A DNA stretch of 11,683 nucleotides. It comes from a virus (taxonomy: Duplodnaviria > Heunggongvirae > Uroviricota > Caudoviricetes). Both the position numbers and the translations under genes were made by a program. Where the stretch lies: the IMG/VR virus record IMGVR_UViG_2663762839_000001, positions 1 through 11,683 of that record, one strand, 5' to 3'. This document shows positions 1-7,047 of the stretch, in pieces (position 1 is the first letter of the stretch; each line of letters starts with the position of its first letter). The notes under the pieces are model-generated. The model ran no database searches. It saw only the letters and a program-made list of their open reading frames with translations, and had not been told where the DNA came from.

Positions 1-80
1 CCCCCATATCTTTTTCCGCCCCTGAAATTTGGTTGTTATTCATACAGCATATCAGGCGGTAACGCTCTCCCTTTAACCCA

Positions 81-112
81 CTTATTGTATGATAGTGCTA
101 TCCCACAATAAG
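81..112 (+). promoter_or_regulatory. Putative operator/promoter: perfect 8-bp inverted repeat CTTATTGT (81-88) / ACAATAAG (105-112) with a TATGAT -10-like hexamer (88-93) between the arms, upstream of CDS 126..485
   Basis: Inverted repeat and hexamer read directly from sequence; AGGAAT Shine-Dalgarno-like at 111-116, 9 nt before ATG 126. No -35 element is convincing. Confidence 0.35.
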
Positions 113-125
113 GAATCAGCCAGCC

Positions 126-485
126 ATGAGAATGACCAGCCGCAAAAAAGAGATACTTAGCTACTTTGAACCGGATAACCTCGAATGGGTGACTGGTGAG
201 ATTGGTGCGCCGCCGTTCGATGTGTCGGGTGTGGCCTACCTGCTTCATGGCATGGTGTCGTTCGATAAGCGTCACCAGCTCGAATCAACCCGGCGCACAC
301 TGGAAAGCATGGTTGCTGGTGGACTGCTTGAGCGGGTGACAGTGTATGAATCGCGCCAGATACGGCGCGGCGGTGAGACTAACGCAACGGTCGTGCGTTA
401 CGGTTTACCCGGTCATTGTGCTGTTATGCGCGATACTGGCGGCGCTGATAACGCAATATCAGGTGAATACATGCGGGTCAGTTAA
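126..485 (+). CDS. Hypothetical protein, 119 aa, possible small DNA-binding protein
   Basis: ATG start preceded by AGGAAT; uninterrupted ORF with E. coli-like codon usage; TAA stop at 483-485. Its 3' end overlaps the convergent minus-strand gene by 8 nt. No family recognised. Confidence 0.55.
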   Translation: MRMTSRKKEILSYFEPDNLEWVTGEIGAPPFDVSGVAYLLHGMVSFDKRHQLESTRRTLESMVAGGLLERVTVYESRQIRRGGETNATVVRYGLPGHCAVMRDTGGADNAISGEYMRVS

Positions 486-1020
486 TAGCCTGCAATCTGT
501 CGTTGATGCGGCTCAGGTCGTAAACCCGGCGTTCAATATCCAGCATCAGGAAATTGTGGATCTCGGCCTGCTCAGGATTATCAGACTCTCTGGCCTGTAA
601 TAGCAATTCATTGTAACCATGCAAGCCGCCTGAGTTTTCCGCCGGGGTGGTGCCTTTCCCACGCAGGCAGCTAATGGGCTGATTACTCGTATCGTGTGTT
701 TGCTTCTCCAGCACAATGACGCAATCCCACCAGTCGCCAAAGTCATACGTGTAAACCAGCTTGTCACCCTCATTCTGGAGCGCCGCCCATAGTGGCGTGA
801 TTGCCGCGTTACCCATGCTTTCATCCTCACCCCATACGCGATACTCGCTACCTGGATCACCTTTACGCCCTTTCTCGAACATATACAGGTGTTCGTCATT
901 CCAGCCAAAAGCTAACTGGATCACGGCATGAAGTTTACTAAAGGGGATTTGCTCTGGAACCAGCACACGCCGCCATATAGGTGGTTTGCTGTCTCGGATG
1001 GTTATCTTTAGCTGGTACAT
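478..1020 (-). CDS. PRiA4b ORF-3-like family protein, 180 aa
   Basis: ATG at 1020-1018 with AGGAT 5 nt upstream. Translation contains YTYDFGDWWDCVIVLEK, which I recall as the signature of the plasmid pRiA4b ORF-3-like family (PF07929). Recollection only, not a search result. Confidence 0.6.
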   Translation of the reverse strand: MYQLKITIRDSKPPIWRRVLVPEQIPFSKLHAVIQLAFGWNDEHLYMFEKGRKGDPGSEYRVWGEDESMGNAAITPLWAALQNEGDKLVYTYDFGDWWDCVIVLEKQTHDTSNQPISCLRGKGTTPAENSGGLHGYNELLLQARESDNPEQAEIHNFLMLDIERRVYDLSRINDRLQAIN

Positions 1021-1140
1021 GCAAATCCTGAATAAATGCGAATCGGAAGGATAACGATACTGACGTACTCACAATTCTGTAAAGGTGAATAAAGGAAATT
1101 TGCTTAATACGCATAAGTTACATGTGGAATAATCCCATAT

Positions 1141-1326
1141 CTACCTGCGCGGCGCTGGCTTCTTCCACTGGTAGGCAGGTGCTCGCATCATTTCGCGGAA
1201 CCTGTCGCGCCGGGCTATATCGGCATTAACTGAGCGTTCTATCTCCCGTTGATCTGCCTGTGTAAGCTGGTGGCCTCCGTGCTCAAGTTTGGCGATGGTC
1301 AATAAGGCTATTTCGCGTGGTGTCAT
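1141..1326 (-). CDS. Small hypothetical protein, 61 aa, basic C-terminus
   Basis: ATG at 1326-1324 with AGAGGG Shine-Dalgarno upstream; uninterrupted ORF; basic tail KKPAPRR. Function unknown. Confidence 0.5.
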   Translation of the reverse strand: MTPREIALLTIAKLEHGGHQLTQADQREIERSVNADIARRDRFREMMRAPAYQWKKPAPRR

Positions 1327-1604
1327 ACGTCATACCCTCTGGAAGGATGAAACACGCCCGGATTAAATTTCATTTTTCGCGGGTATGAAAAAACGATGGG
1401 GCGGGCAGTCCCGGACAGTCAGGGCTGTAGAGATTTGACTACCCCCTCCCGGTGATAGTTTATTGCTTGATGTGGACGGCTTGCTATATTGGCGGCGAAT
1501 GCAAATTGTCGCAGAAGTCTATCCCGTTCTATGACGCCCTGTGTGGTTGTGGTGCGAATCGCCCGCGTCACGCCGTTGATTTTAGGCTGCGCTCGGAACG
1601 AACA

Positions 1605-1955
1605 TCACGGCGCAGAAGTGTACCAACCGAATCTTGTTAACCCGGCATCGCAGCGCTCACGATTAAGCACACGTGGCGGGTTTTCTCTGGTCATCAACTC
1701 AAGCAAGGCATTGCCTCCCTGCATCTCCAGTCGGTATTGCCTATCGGTAGTGGTAATGGCATCCGGCAATAACTTTATGGCGGCCTGGCTAAAGTCTCGC
1801 GGTGCGCCGTAAAATTGCGCATCAACAATATGAACCACATCGCCGTTAATCGTTGTCCGATAACGGTCTGGCTGTATGGTAAAGCCCCCACAATGGATAG
1901 CAGATAGTGCCGGTGCCGATGAGATCAGGACGGCTGCCAGAATGTATGGCTTCAT
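1605..1955 (-). CDS. Exported (periplasmic) hypothetical protein, 116 aa, N-terminal signal peptide
   Basis: N-terminus MKPYILAAVLISSAPALSA has a hydrophobic core and an AxA-type cleavage site; two Cys residues in the mature part. Its ATG overlaps the stop of the upstream metallopeptidase gene (ATGA at 1952-1955). Confidence 0.65.
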   Translation of the reverse strand: MKPYILAAVLISSAPALSAIHCGGFTIQPDRYRTTINGDVVHIVDAQFYGAPRDFSQAAIKLLPDAITTTDRQYRLEMQGGNALLELMTRENPPRVLNRERCDAGLTRFGWYTSAP

Positions 1956-2596
1956 TCTTCACCCACCAATTCATCCAGTTCAGCCAGCGTCATAGGCTTT
2001 GGTACAGGCTTGTCAATATCACCCATAATGCGCTGGAAGTTTCTGGCAGGCATATGGTTACGGTTCTCCAGTATTTTCGCCAGCGCGATAACATCCCACC
2101 ATTTCAGGGCAATCAGCGCCTCAGCACGGGAAAGGGATATTCTCTGTATATCAGCATCCTCTCCACCAGCCACCCGGTATACCTCTGATAAATCACGAAC
2201 ATTTTTCATGTCTGCTTTCCCGGACGTTTCCATCAGTGCGTTAATATCATCCCCCGTATAGCGTGATTGCGCGACGATACCAGCCAGAGAGATAACCATA
2301 TCCCGGCATACCTGGTCTATCAGACGTAACCTGGTGTCATCATTCGAGAGGGTGTAAGACTTAACCTCAGCCACATTCCGTGGATAGTTGCCGTGCTGCC
2401 ATACCGCTACAGCTCCACATTCATCAACATCTCCGCTAAGGTAGGTTTTTGCCACTCGGTTATTACCCGATAACGCAATTTCTACCTCCTGTATGCCGAA
2501 AAACCATGCGGCTATCGCATGACCTGCTTCATGTATTGCAAGATGTCTGGGCCAGCGATAGCTGCCGAACTCAATAATGATGGGTTGCGTACTCAT
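1952..2596 (-). CDS. Putative zinc metallopeptidase (HExxH; HEAGH motif near the N-terminus), about 214 aa
   Basis: HEAGHAIAAW motif read from the translation. Start placed at ATG 2596-2594 with GAGGGAAG Shine-Dalgarno upstream, which avoids overlapping the ssb stop; the ORF track's longer version starts at 2653. No signal peptide. Confidence 0.6.
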   Translation of the reverse strand: MSTQPIIIEFGSYRWPRHLAIHEAGHAIAAWFFGIQEVEIALSGNNRVAKTYLSGDVDECGAVAVWQHGNYPRNVAEVKSYTLSNDDTRLRLIDQVCRDMVISLAGIVAQSRYTGDDINALMETSGKADMKNVRDLSEVYRVAGGEDADIQRISLSRAEALIALKWWDVIALAKILENRNHMPARNFQRIMGDIDKPVPKPMTLAELDELVGEE

Positions 2597-2606
2597 ATCT
2601 TCCCTC

Positions 2607-3068
2607 TCAGAATGGCGTTTCATCGTCGAATGGTGGGCGTTGGTCAAAATCATCAGGGGTATTATATAACTCCCATCCCGGCGCGGATTGTGTTGTGTGG
2701 CCCCTGCTGGCTCCGCTTGCTTTGACTGATTCGGCCCGCTTCCCGCCGGGGCGTACCGTTCTGGCGCTGATCACGCTGTCGGCTACTACCTGATAACCTT
2801 GCTGTGTACCGCCATCCTTGCCCGTCCACTGATTGATCTGCATCGCTCCGGCAACACTGACTAAATCGCCTTTAACGTGTCCTGCCAGTGCGTCGGCCTG
2901 TTTGCCGAATGCCACCACGCCCAGCCAGAAAGTAACCTCTCCGCCCTCTGCTGCATGGCAGGGCAGTGCCACCGCTAACCGTCCCATTGCCATGCTTGTA
3001 CCGTTTGCTGTGGTACGGGTCTGGGGATCTGCCACCAGCCGCCCGTATGCTGAAATTTGTGCTGTCAT
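2607..3068 (-). CDS. ssb: Single-stranded DNA-binding protein (SSB), 153 aa
   Basis: OB-fold SSB pattern (LVADPQTRTT..NG..MAMGRLAV...FWLGVVAFGKQAD...GDLVSVAGAMQINQWTGKDGG) and acidic C-terminal tip ending DDETPF, comparable to E. coli SSB DDDIPF. GAGGAA Shine-Dalgarno; ATGA overlap with the upstream gene at 3065-3068. Confidence 0.85.
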   Translation of the reverse strand: MTAQISAYGRLVADPQTRTTANGTSMAMGRLAVALPCHAAEGGEVTFWLGVVAFGKQADALAGHVKGDLVSVAGAMQINQWTGKDGGTQQGYQVVADSVISARTVRPGGKRAESVKASGASRGHTTQSAPGWELYNTPDDFDQRPPFDDETPF

Positions 3069-3367
3069 AGATATTTCCTCATGTAGTCACTACCTCCGGG
3101 GATAATTTTCATTTCTTCCCTTAAAGGCCACTGCTCCGCCATTGCTGCGGTCGAGTGATTCCCGTCATCACGTCCGGCCTGTGCTGCCGTCCAGTGTGTT
3201 GCATATTCTGTAAATCCAATTTCTGCTGGCTGCCTCATCCAGTGGGCGATCATCCTCAAGGTCATTTGCAGGCTTTGGGTGTCGCCCTGTAATGCGCGTT
3301 TGTCAGTAAACCCCTTCAATGCTTCACGCTCCTGATAGGTCATTTTCTGGCTGGTTTCTGTATTCAT
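3065..3367 (-). CDS. Hypothetical protein, 100 aa, first gene of the ssb operon
   Basis: ATG at 3367-3365 with AAGGTGG upstream; uninterrupted ORF; stop overlaps the ssb start. No recognisable family. Confidence 0.5.
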   Translation of the reverse strand: MNTETSQKMTYQEREALKGFTDKRALQGDTQSLQMTLRMIAHWMRQPAEIGFTEYATHWTAAQAGRDDGNHSTAAMAEQWPLREEMKIIPGGSDYMRKYL

Positions 3368-3420
3368 TGCCCACCTTCGTTATAAGCTACCCCCCCCATA
3401 GAATCTTTTTGGGGGTGTAA

Positions 3421-3582
3421 TATCCCTACCAATCCCTACTAACTGTCTCAGGCCACGAATGGCAAGGCTTTCAGACTGGTAGGCATTCAATTTTGTTGCC
3501 CTACATAACCCTACTTATCCCTACTAAATCACTTCAACGGCATTTTGCTGCCTGTTTTATTTGGTAGGGATATGTAGGGATA
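3421..3582. repeat. Iteron cluster: seven copies of the core CCCTAC (TATCCCTAC in the best copies), five direct and two inverted, phased at 10 bp; candidate operator array or replication origin
   Basis: Direct cores at 3424-3429, 3434-3439, 3499-3504, 3509-3514, 3519-3524; inverted GTAGGG at 3564-3569 and 3574-3579. Within each group the spacing is exactly 10 bp. CTTATCCCTAC (3514-3524) and GTAGGGATAAG (3574-3584) form an 11-bp perfect inverted repeat. Confidence 0.6.
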
Positions 3583-4142
3583 AGTGCCGCCGTAAAAGTT
3601 TCAATCACATCACTCTGCCCGCTCTCCACACCGTAAGCACGGGGCATGAACTCCTCAGCCTTCTCGTTATAGCCAACGTTGGTCTGCGCTCTGCCGTTAA
3701 TGCTTCTCGTCAGGTAGCTGGCTCGGTACTCTTTTGCTGCTGATTTTATGGCGCGTGAAAACTTATTGACGGAAAGCGGTTTACCCAAACCGTGATACTC
3801 CATAAACGCCAGATAAAGATGATAAAGATATGTCCTCGGCTCTGGCTGGCCTGCCCATGTACCTCCGCCCATCATCATGCCTTTGGGTTCGTTCATGAAA
3901 AAAAGCGCCGCACACATATCGACAACCGGATCCGTGCCGCGTTTAACCTCTAGCGCCTCCTGCGAATCGCGCTGCTCTAGTAATAGTGCTTTTGCTTTGT
4001 TCTGGTCGGCAAAGGTGGTTAGCAGGTGGCGGATAATCACCGGGATTTCTCGCCTGATTTTTGCTGTTAAATCCGGGTCTTTGTCTGCGTCTGATACCGG
4101 GTTATTAAACGGGAATACCCGTAGCGTGACATTGTCGTTCAT
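3534..4142 (-). CDS. P4-family primase/helicase C-terminal-region-like protein, 202 aa; either a stand-alone domain protein or a 5'-truncated remnant
   Basis: Motifs LRVFPF..DPDLTAKIRREIPVIIRHLL and RTYLYHLYLAFMEYHGLGKPLSVNKFSRAI resemble, from memory, the conserved C-terminal region of phage/plasmid P4-type primases. ATG overlaps the upstream stop (ATGA at 4139-4142) with GAAGGTG upstream. The 3' end runs through two inverted iteron copies. Confidence 0.45.
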   Translation of the reverse strand: MNDNVTLRVFPFNNPVSDADKDPDLTAKIRREIPVIIRHLLTTFADQNKAKALLLEQRDSQEALEVKRGTDPVVDMCAALFFMNEPKGMMMGGGTWAGQPEPRTYLYHLYLAFMEYHGLGKPLSVNKFSRAIKSAAKEYRASYLTRSINGRAQTNVGYNEKAEEFMPRAYGVESGQSDVIETFTAALIPTYPYQIKQAAKCR

Positions 4143-5263
4143 TGCACTGGCACCTTCAGAGGGATCACCGGCACAAAGCCGGGATGCGTAATGGCATTAC
4201 GCCGGATAATGTCCGCGTCACGCGCCGCGTTATCAAACCAGGTCGCCGCCAGCACCAGCGCGGGTAAAACCTCATCCGGTGTGCGCTGAATGATCCGTGC
4301 AGACTGTTCAAGGCGCGTGTTGATATCCGCATTCAGATCTGCTTTCACCCGGCGCAGCGCCAGAAACAGCGCATCGCTGGTTGTACGGGACAACTCCTTA
4401 TCAATTGCCGTATTCAGTGTGTCGCGAATGTCAGTCAGTTCTTCCCACGTCGGCAGGTCAACCGTGTTTTTCACCGCCGGTGCATTGTTCAGTGCCGGAT
4501 GCGTGACGGAAGGCCAGCAAGTGCTCTGCGCAGGTGTTGTTGCCTGCCCCACTGCGGCATTCTGCATCACCGCGGAAGTTGTTAGCGCAGGCACCCGCAT
4601 CCCGGGAGGCGCATCCTTAAACGAGACCGTAATCTCGCCTTCAGCCTTCTTCGGCGCAGCCTGAACTATCTGATACGGATTGTATCCCTGAGCAGAAACG
4701 CCTGTACCGTACGCCCCATAGCCACCGCCCCCCCACTGAGTCGCATTGGCTGCAACCACCGTGTCGCTGGCACCATCAGTAAACCATTCAATAATCGGCT
4801 TCAGCTTGTCCCACATATCCTGAAACCACTTAACAACCGGCCCCCAGTTATTGATCACCATCCCCAGCGGCGACCAGGCAAAAACTTTCTTAAGGAGTTC
4901 CCAGCCAGCCTCAAAATAAGGACCAATGGTTTCCCAGAGTTTCTTAAAATAAGGTCCGACAACATCCCAGTTAGTGATAATTAATCCCGCAGCCAGGGCT
5001 ATCGCCGTCGCAATCATGCCAATCGGCGTCATCGACATGATCCTGCTGACAATACTGATGGCACCGCCAACGCCCATCAATCCCAGTTTCAGAATCGCAA
5101 GACCGGCAGCAAGCCCGACGACGCCGCGAATAACCCGGGGATTTTCATCCGCAAACTTCGTGAATTTTTCCCCCAACTCCCCCAGCCATTGCGTGATATT
5201 TTTGGCGTCACCAGAAAATGCGCCGCCAATAGCCGCAAGGCCGTTAGTTGCGGTCCCCGTCAT
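4139..5263 (-). CDS. Tail tape-measure-like protein (paralog or fragment), 374 aa
   Basis: Hydrophobic, Trp-rich segments (MTPIGMIATAIALAAGLIITNWD, WELLKKVFAWSPLGMVINNWGPVVKWFQDMW) parallel the central region of the 7937..9925 tape measure (MSPVGLITALAAGIALLWEDY). Start sits about 40 nt downstream of an intrinsic terminator; Shine-Dalgarno spacing is short. Confidence 0.5.
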   Translation of the reverse strand: MTGTATNGLAAIGGAFSGDAKNITQWLGELGEKFTKFADENPRVIRGVVGLAAGLAILKLGLMGVGGAISIVSRIMSMTPIGMIATAIALAAGLIITNWDVVGPYFKKLWETIGPYFEAGWELLKKVFAWSPLGMVINNWGPVVKWFQDMWDKLKPIIEWFTDGASDTVVAANATQWGGGGYGAYGTGVSAQGYNPYQIVQAAPKKAEGEITVSFKDAPPGMRVPALTTSAVMQNAAVGQATTPAQSTCWPSVTHPALNNAPAVKNTVDLPTWEELTDIRDTLNTAIDKELSRTTSDALFLALRRVKADLNADINTRLEQSARIIQRTPDEVLPALVLAATWFDNAARDADIIRRNAITHPGFVPVIPLKVPVQ

Positions 5264-5304
5264 TGCCTCTGGTCAGATACTGCCATTTAGTAGGCTCCAG
5301 AAAG

Positions 5305-5329
5305 CAAAAAACCCGCCGGGTGGCGGGTT
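5305..5329 (-). terminator. Rho-independent terminator (minus strand) downstream of the 79-aa membrane protein gene
   Basis: Minus-strand RNA reads AACCCGCC-ACCC-GGCGGGTT followed by TTTTGCTTT: an 8-bp GC-rich stem, 4-nt loop and U-tract, read directly from sequence. Confidence 0.7.
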
Positions 5330-5345
5330 CATTATTGAAGTTTCA

Positions 5346-5585
5346 TTACTGCTTGTTTGCTTCTAACGCTTCAGCTATTCGGCGAAGATACTCATTGTTT
5401 TTAAATGAAACCATGATGCACTCAAAGAATATTCGGCAAAATACAGCACATAACAAAAGCACTAAAGCGCCAGCAGCCTTCCCATTAACAAACGTTATAA
5501 TGGCGGCAACAACCAGAAGTAACATTGTGATGCCATACAGAACGTTGATGATTTTTGGAGTTATTAATTTATCAAATCCGAACAT
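5346..5585 (-). CDS. Small integral membrane protein, 79 aa, two predicted TM helices (moron gene)
   Basis: ATG with AAGGAA upstream; two hydrophobic stretches (IINVLYGITMLLLVVAAIITFV and AAGALVLLLCAVFCRIFFECIMVSF); about 38% GC by hand count over 5341-5590 versus about 55% in a flanking tail gene; own -10 element and terminator. N-terminal FDKLITPKIINVLY is tentatively reminiscent of DUF4282-type small membrane proteins. Confidence 0.65.
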   Translation of the reverse strand: MFGFDKLITPKIINVLYGITMLLLVVAAIITFVNGKAAGALVLLLCAVFCRIFFECIMVSFKNNEYLRRIAEALEANKQ

Positions 5586-5614
5586 GCGACAAATTCCTTA
5601 TCGTGAAAGTAGAA

Positions 5615-5650
5615 GTATCACATTATAATTACGAGTGATTAATCAACAAT
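5615..5650 (-). promoter_or_regulatory. Putative sigma70 promoter for the 79-aa membrane protein gene
   Basis: Minus-strand perfect TATAAT (plus 5627-5622) with a TTGTTG -35-like hexamer (5649-5644) 16 nt upstream; sits at the 3' end of the upstream gene and the intergenic spacer. Confidence 0.4.
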
Positions 5651-5980
5651 CTTTTTGCATGGAAAGGAACCGATGATTTTCGGCGCATCCATGCTGTTCT
5701 GCAGCAGTTGGACATTCAGGAATCGCGTTTCGGTACCAGGGCGACGAATGTATTCAAAGCCGTAGTTGTTACCGTCTTTGGCAGGCATAAGCCCCATGTC
5801 TACTTTCAAACCATTGGTACCCAGTTCGGTGATTTTTTGAGAGGTAACTTTTTCACCGTTGATTGTCGATAACTCGCCCTGGTTTGCAACCATAGTGTAG
5901 CCACCGCATTTAACCGTGAAGCCATCCGCCCACGCGCTGCACGCAGAAAAGACAGCTAACAGAAAAATAATACCCCTCAT
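5639..5980 (-). CDS. Exported protein, 113 aa, signal peptide with possible lipobox (FSAC) or signal peptidase I site (AWA-D)
   Basis: N-terminus MRGIIFLLAVFSACSAWADG; two further Cys (VKCGG, FPCKK). ATG with AAGGGGA upstream, only 3 nt after the stop of the 353-aa tail gene. Confidence 0.65.
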   Translation of the reverse strand: MRGIIFLLAVFSACSAWADGFTVKCGGYTMVANQGELSTINGEKVTSQKITELGTNGLKVDMGLMPAKDGNNYGFEYIRRPGTETRFLNVQLLQNSMDAPKIIGSFPCKKIVD

Positions 5981-5983
5981 TGC

Positions 5984-7045
5984 TCATCCCCTTTGCAAAG
6001 CCGATTGCGTATACAGATCCGCCGCGCCACGCGCTTCGCACATCATATCCATGTACCACGCCTGGCCCCTTGTATCGCCAGTGTACATAATCCCGCGCAC
6101 AATATAAACGCCATCTGTTGCGATGCTGGCAGGTTGTGCTGTTGTGCCGCTGAGCGTGATATTACCGTCCGTGTTCTGGTCGGTGATCTTCCCACCAGCC
6201 ATCGCAATATCGTTGTTCGACAACGCGGTGCGATATACGGAAGCCTGATCCAGTTGAATGAGCCCATTAACCCGGATGTTCGGATTAATAAGCGCGCGGA
6301 CGTTTACGCCGTTGCCGATAGTCTGCTGCGGCATGCCGATAAGCCCGGTGGCGCTGTTGAGCACAATCGCTTCATGAACATATTCGTTATTCGCCACCAT
6401 CTGGCGTTGACCGTCCACAAATTGCCATGTTGCGCCACATTGTCCGGCCACGTTATCCATAAGATGCCGTGTCATGCCGAACAGCACCCGCCCTCGAGGG
6501 TATACGGTAGCAGGCATTTCAGGCGTCAGTCCTTCGGTCGCGCCTTTGGCCTCAAAGTCTTTCATCAGCGCACGGTTCACATCAGCGACCGTGTAACCGG
6601 CAGCCAGCGTCTGTGAGGTTATACTGGTGGCAAATGCCAGATCCGTATCTGCTGCCTGAATCAGGACATAGGAATCAATAGGGCTGTCTTTTCCTGTGAC
6701 CGAGTAGCGAATTTCTCCGCTGAAAATCAGCCCGTAGTTGCGGCCATCACTCTGGCCCACATCTGCCGCGTCGACTTCGCGCACGGTCCCGACGTCGCTT
6801 GCCGCCACCTCCGGCGCGATACCGTCGTAACCGGCAATCAGCCGCACTTTCGAAAATTCCTTCCCGGTGATTCGGTTCACAGTATCTGCCAAGAGGTTAT
6901 AAATTTTGATAGTCCCTACCCGGGACGCGCTGCTGATGTTGAACCAGTCGATCGTAAAGGTGACTTTGAAATCACTTAGCCCAATTCCCTGACCGTTCCC
7001 GTCCACAAGCTGCACCTCTAAATGTCTCATCCAGTTCTGTGACAT
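5984..7045 (-). CDS. Phage tail-tip/baseplate-associated structural protein, 353 aa (family not assigned)
   Basis: Long ORF with GGAG Shine-Dalgarno, coupled (2-nt gap) to the upstream 100-aa gene, third gene after the tape measure; beta-rich, Gly/Asn/Thr-rich composition typical of tail proteins. Function inferred from position only. Confidence 0.55.
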   Translation of the reverse strand: MSQNWMRHLEVQLVDGNGQGIGLSDFKVTFTIDWFNISSASRVGTIKIYNLLADTVNRITGKEFSKVRLIAGYDGIAPEVAASDVGTVREVDAADVGQSDGRNYGLIFSGEIRYSVTGKDSPIDSYVLIQAADTDLAFATSITSQTLAAGYTVADVNRALMKDFEAKGATEGLTPEMPATVYPRGRVLFGMTRHLMDNVAGQCGATWQFVDGQRQMVANNEYVHEAIVLNSATGLIGMPQQTIGNGVNVRALINPNIRVNGLIQLDQASVYRTALSNNDIAMAGGKITDQNTDGNITLSGTTAQPASIATDGVYIVRGIMYTGDTRGQAWYMDMMCEARGAADLYTQSALQRG

Positions 7046-7047
7046 GC

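Noticed and set aside
36-275. Minus-strand 79-aa ORF overlapping the promoter and 5' end of the 126..485 gene
   Set aside because: No Shine-Dalgarno, unusual composition, and it overlaps a better-supported gene; likely spurious.
316-323. Chi sites (GCTGGTGG): one on the plus strand here and about four on the minus strand (e.g. 2163-2170, 3032-3039, 6193-6200, 7131-7138)
   Set aside because: The density is within the range expected for E. coli-adapted DNA; it supports the host inference but is not a feature of special interest.
1055-1080. TGTGA-N6 CRP-like half-site upstream of the PRiA4b-like gene
   Set aside because: The second half-site matches the consensus poorly; not enough to call a CRP site.
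3390-3415. C8 tract and G5 tract separated by 13 nt (possible hairpin)
   Set aside because: No adjacent U-tract on either strand, so not called a terminator; probably part of the promoter/operator region of the ssb operon.
5264-5290. 8-codon mini-ORF (MAVSDQRQ) ending in an ATGA overlap with the 374-aa ORF start
   Set aside because: Too short to call as a gene; it may be a leader or coupling ORF, or the remnant 3' end of a displaced gene. Mentioned under the tape-measure-paralog finding only.
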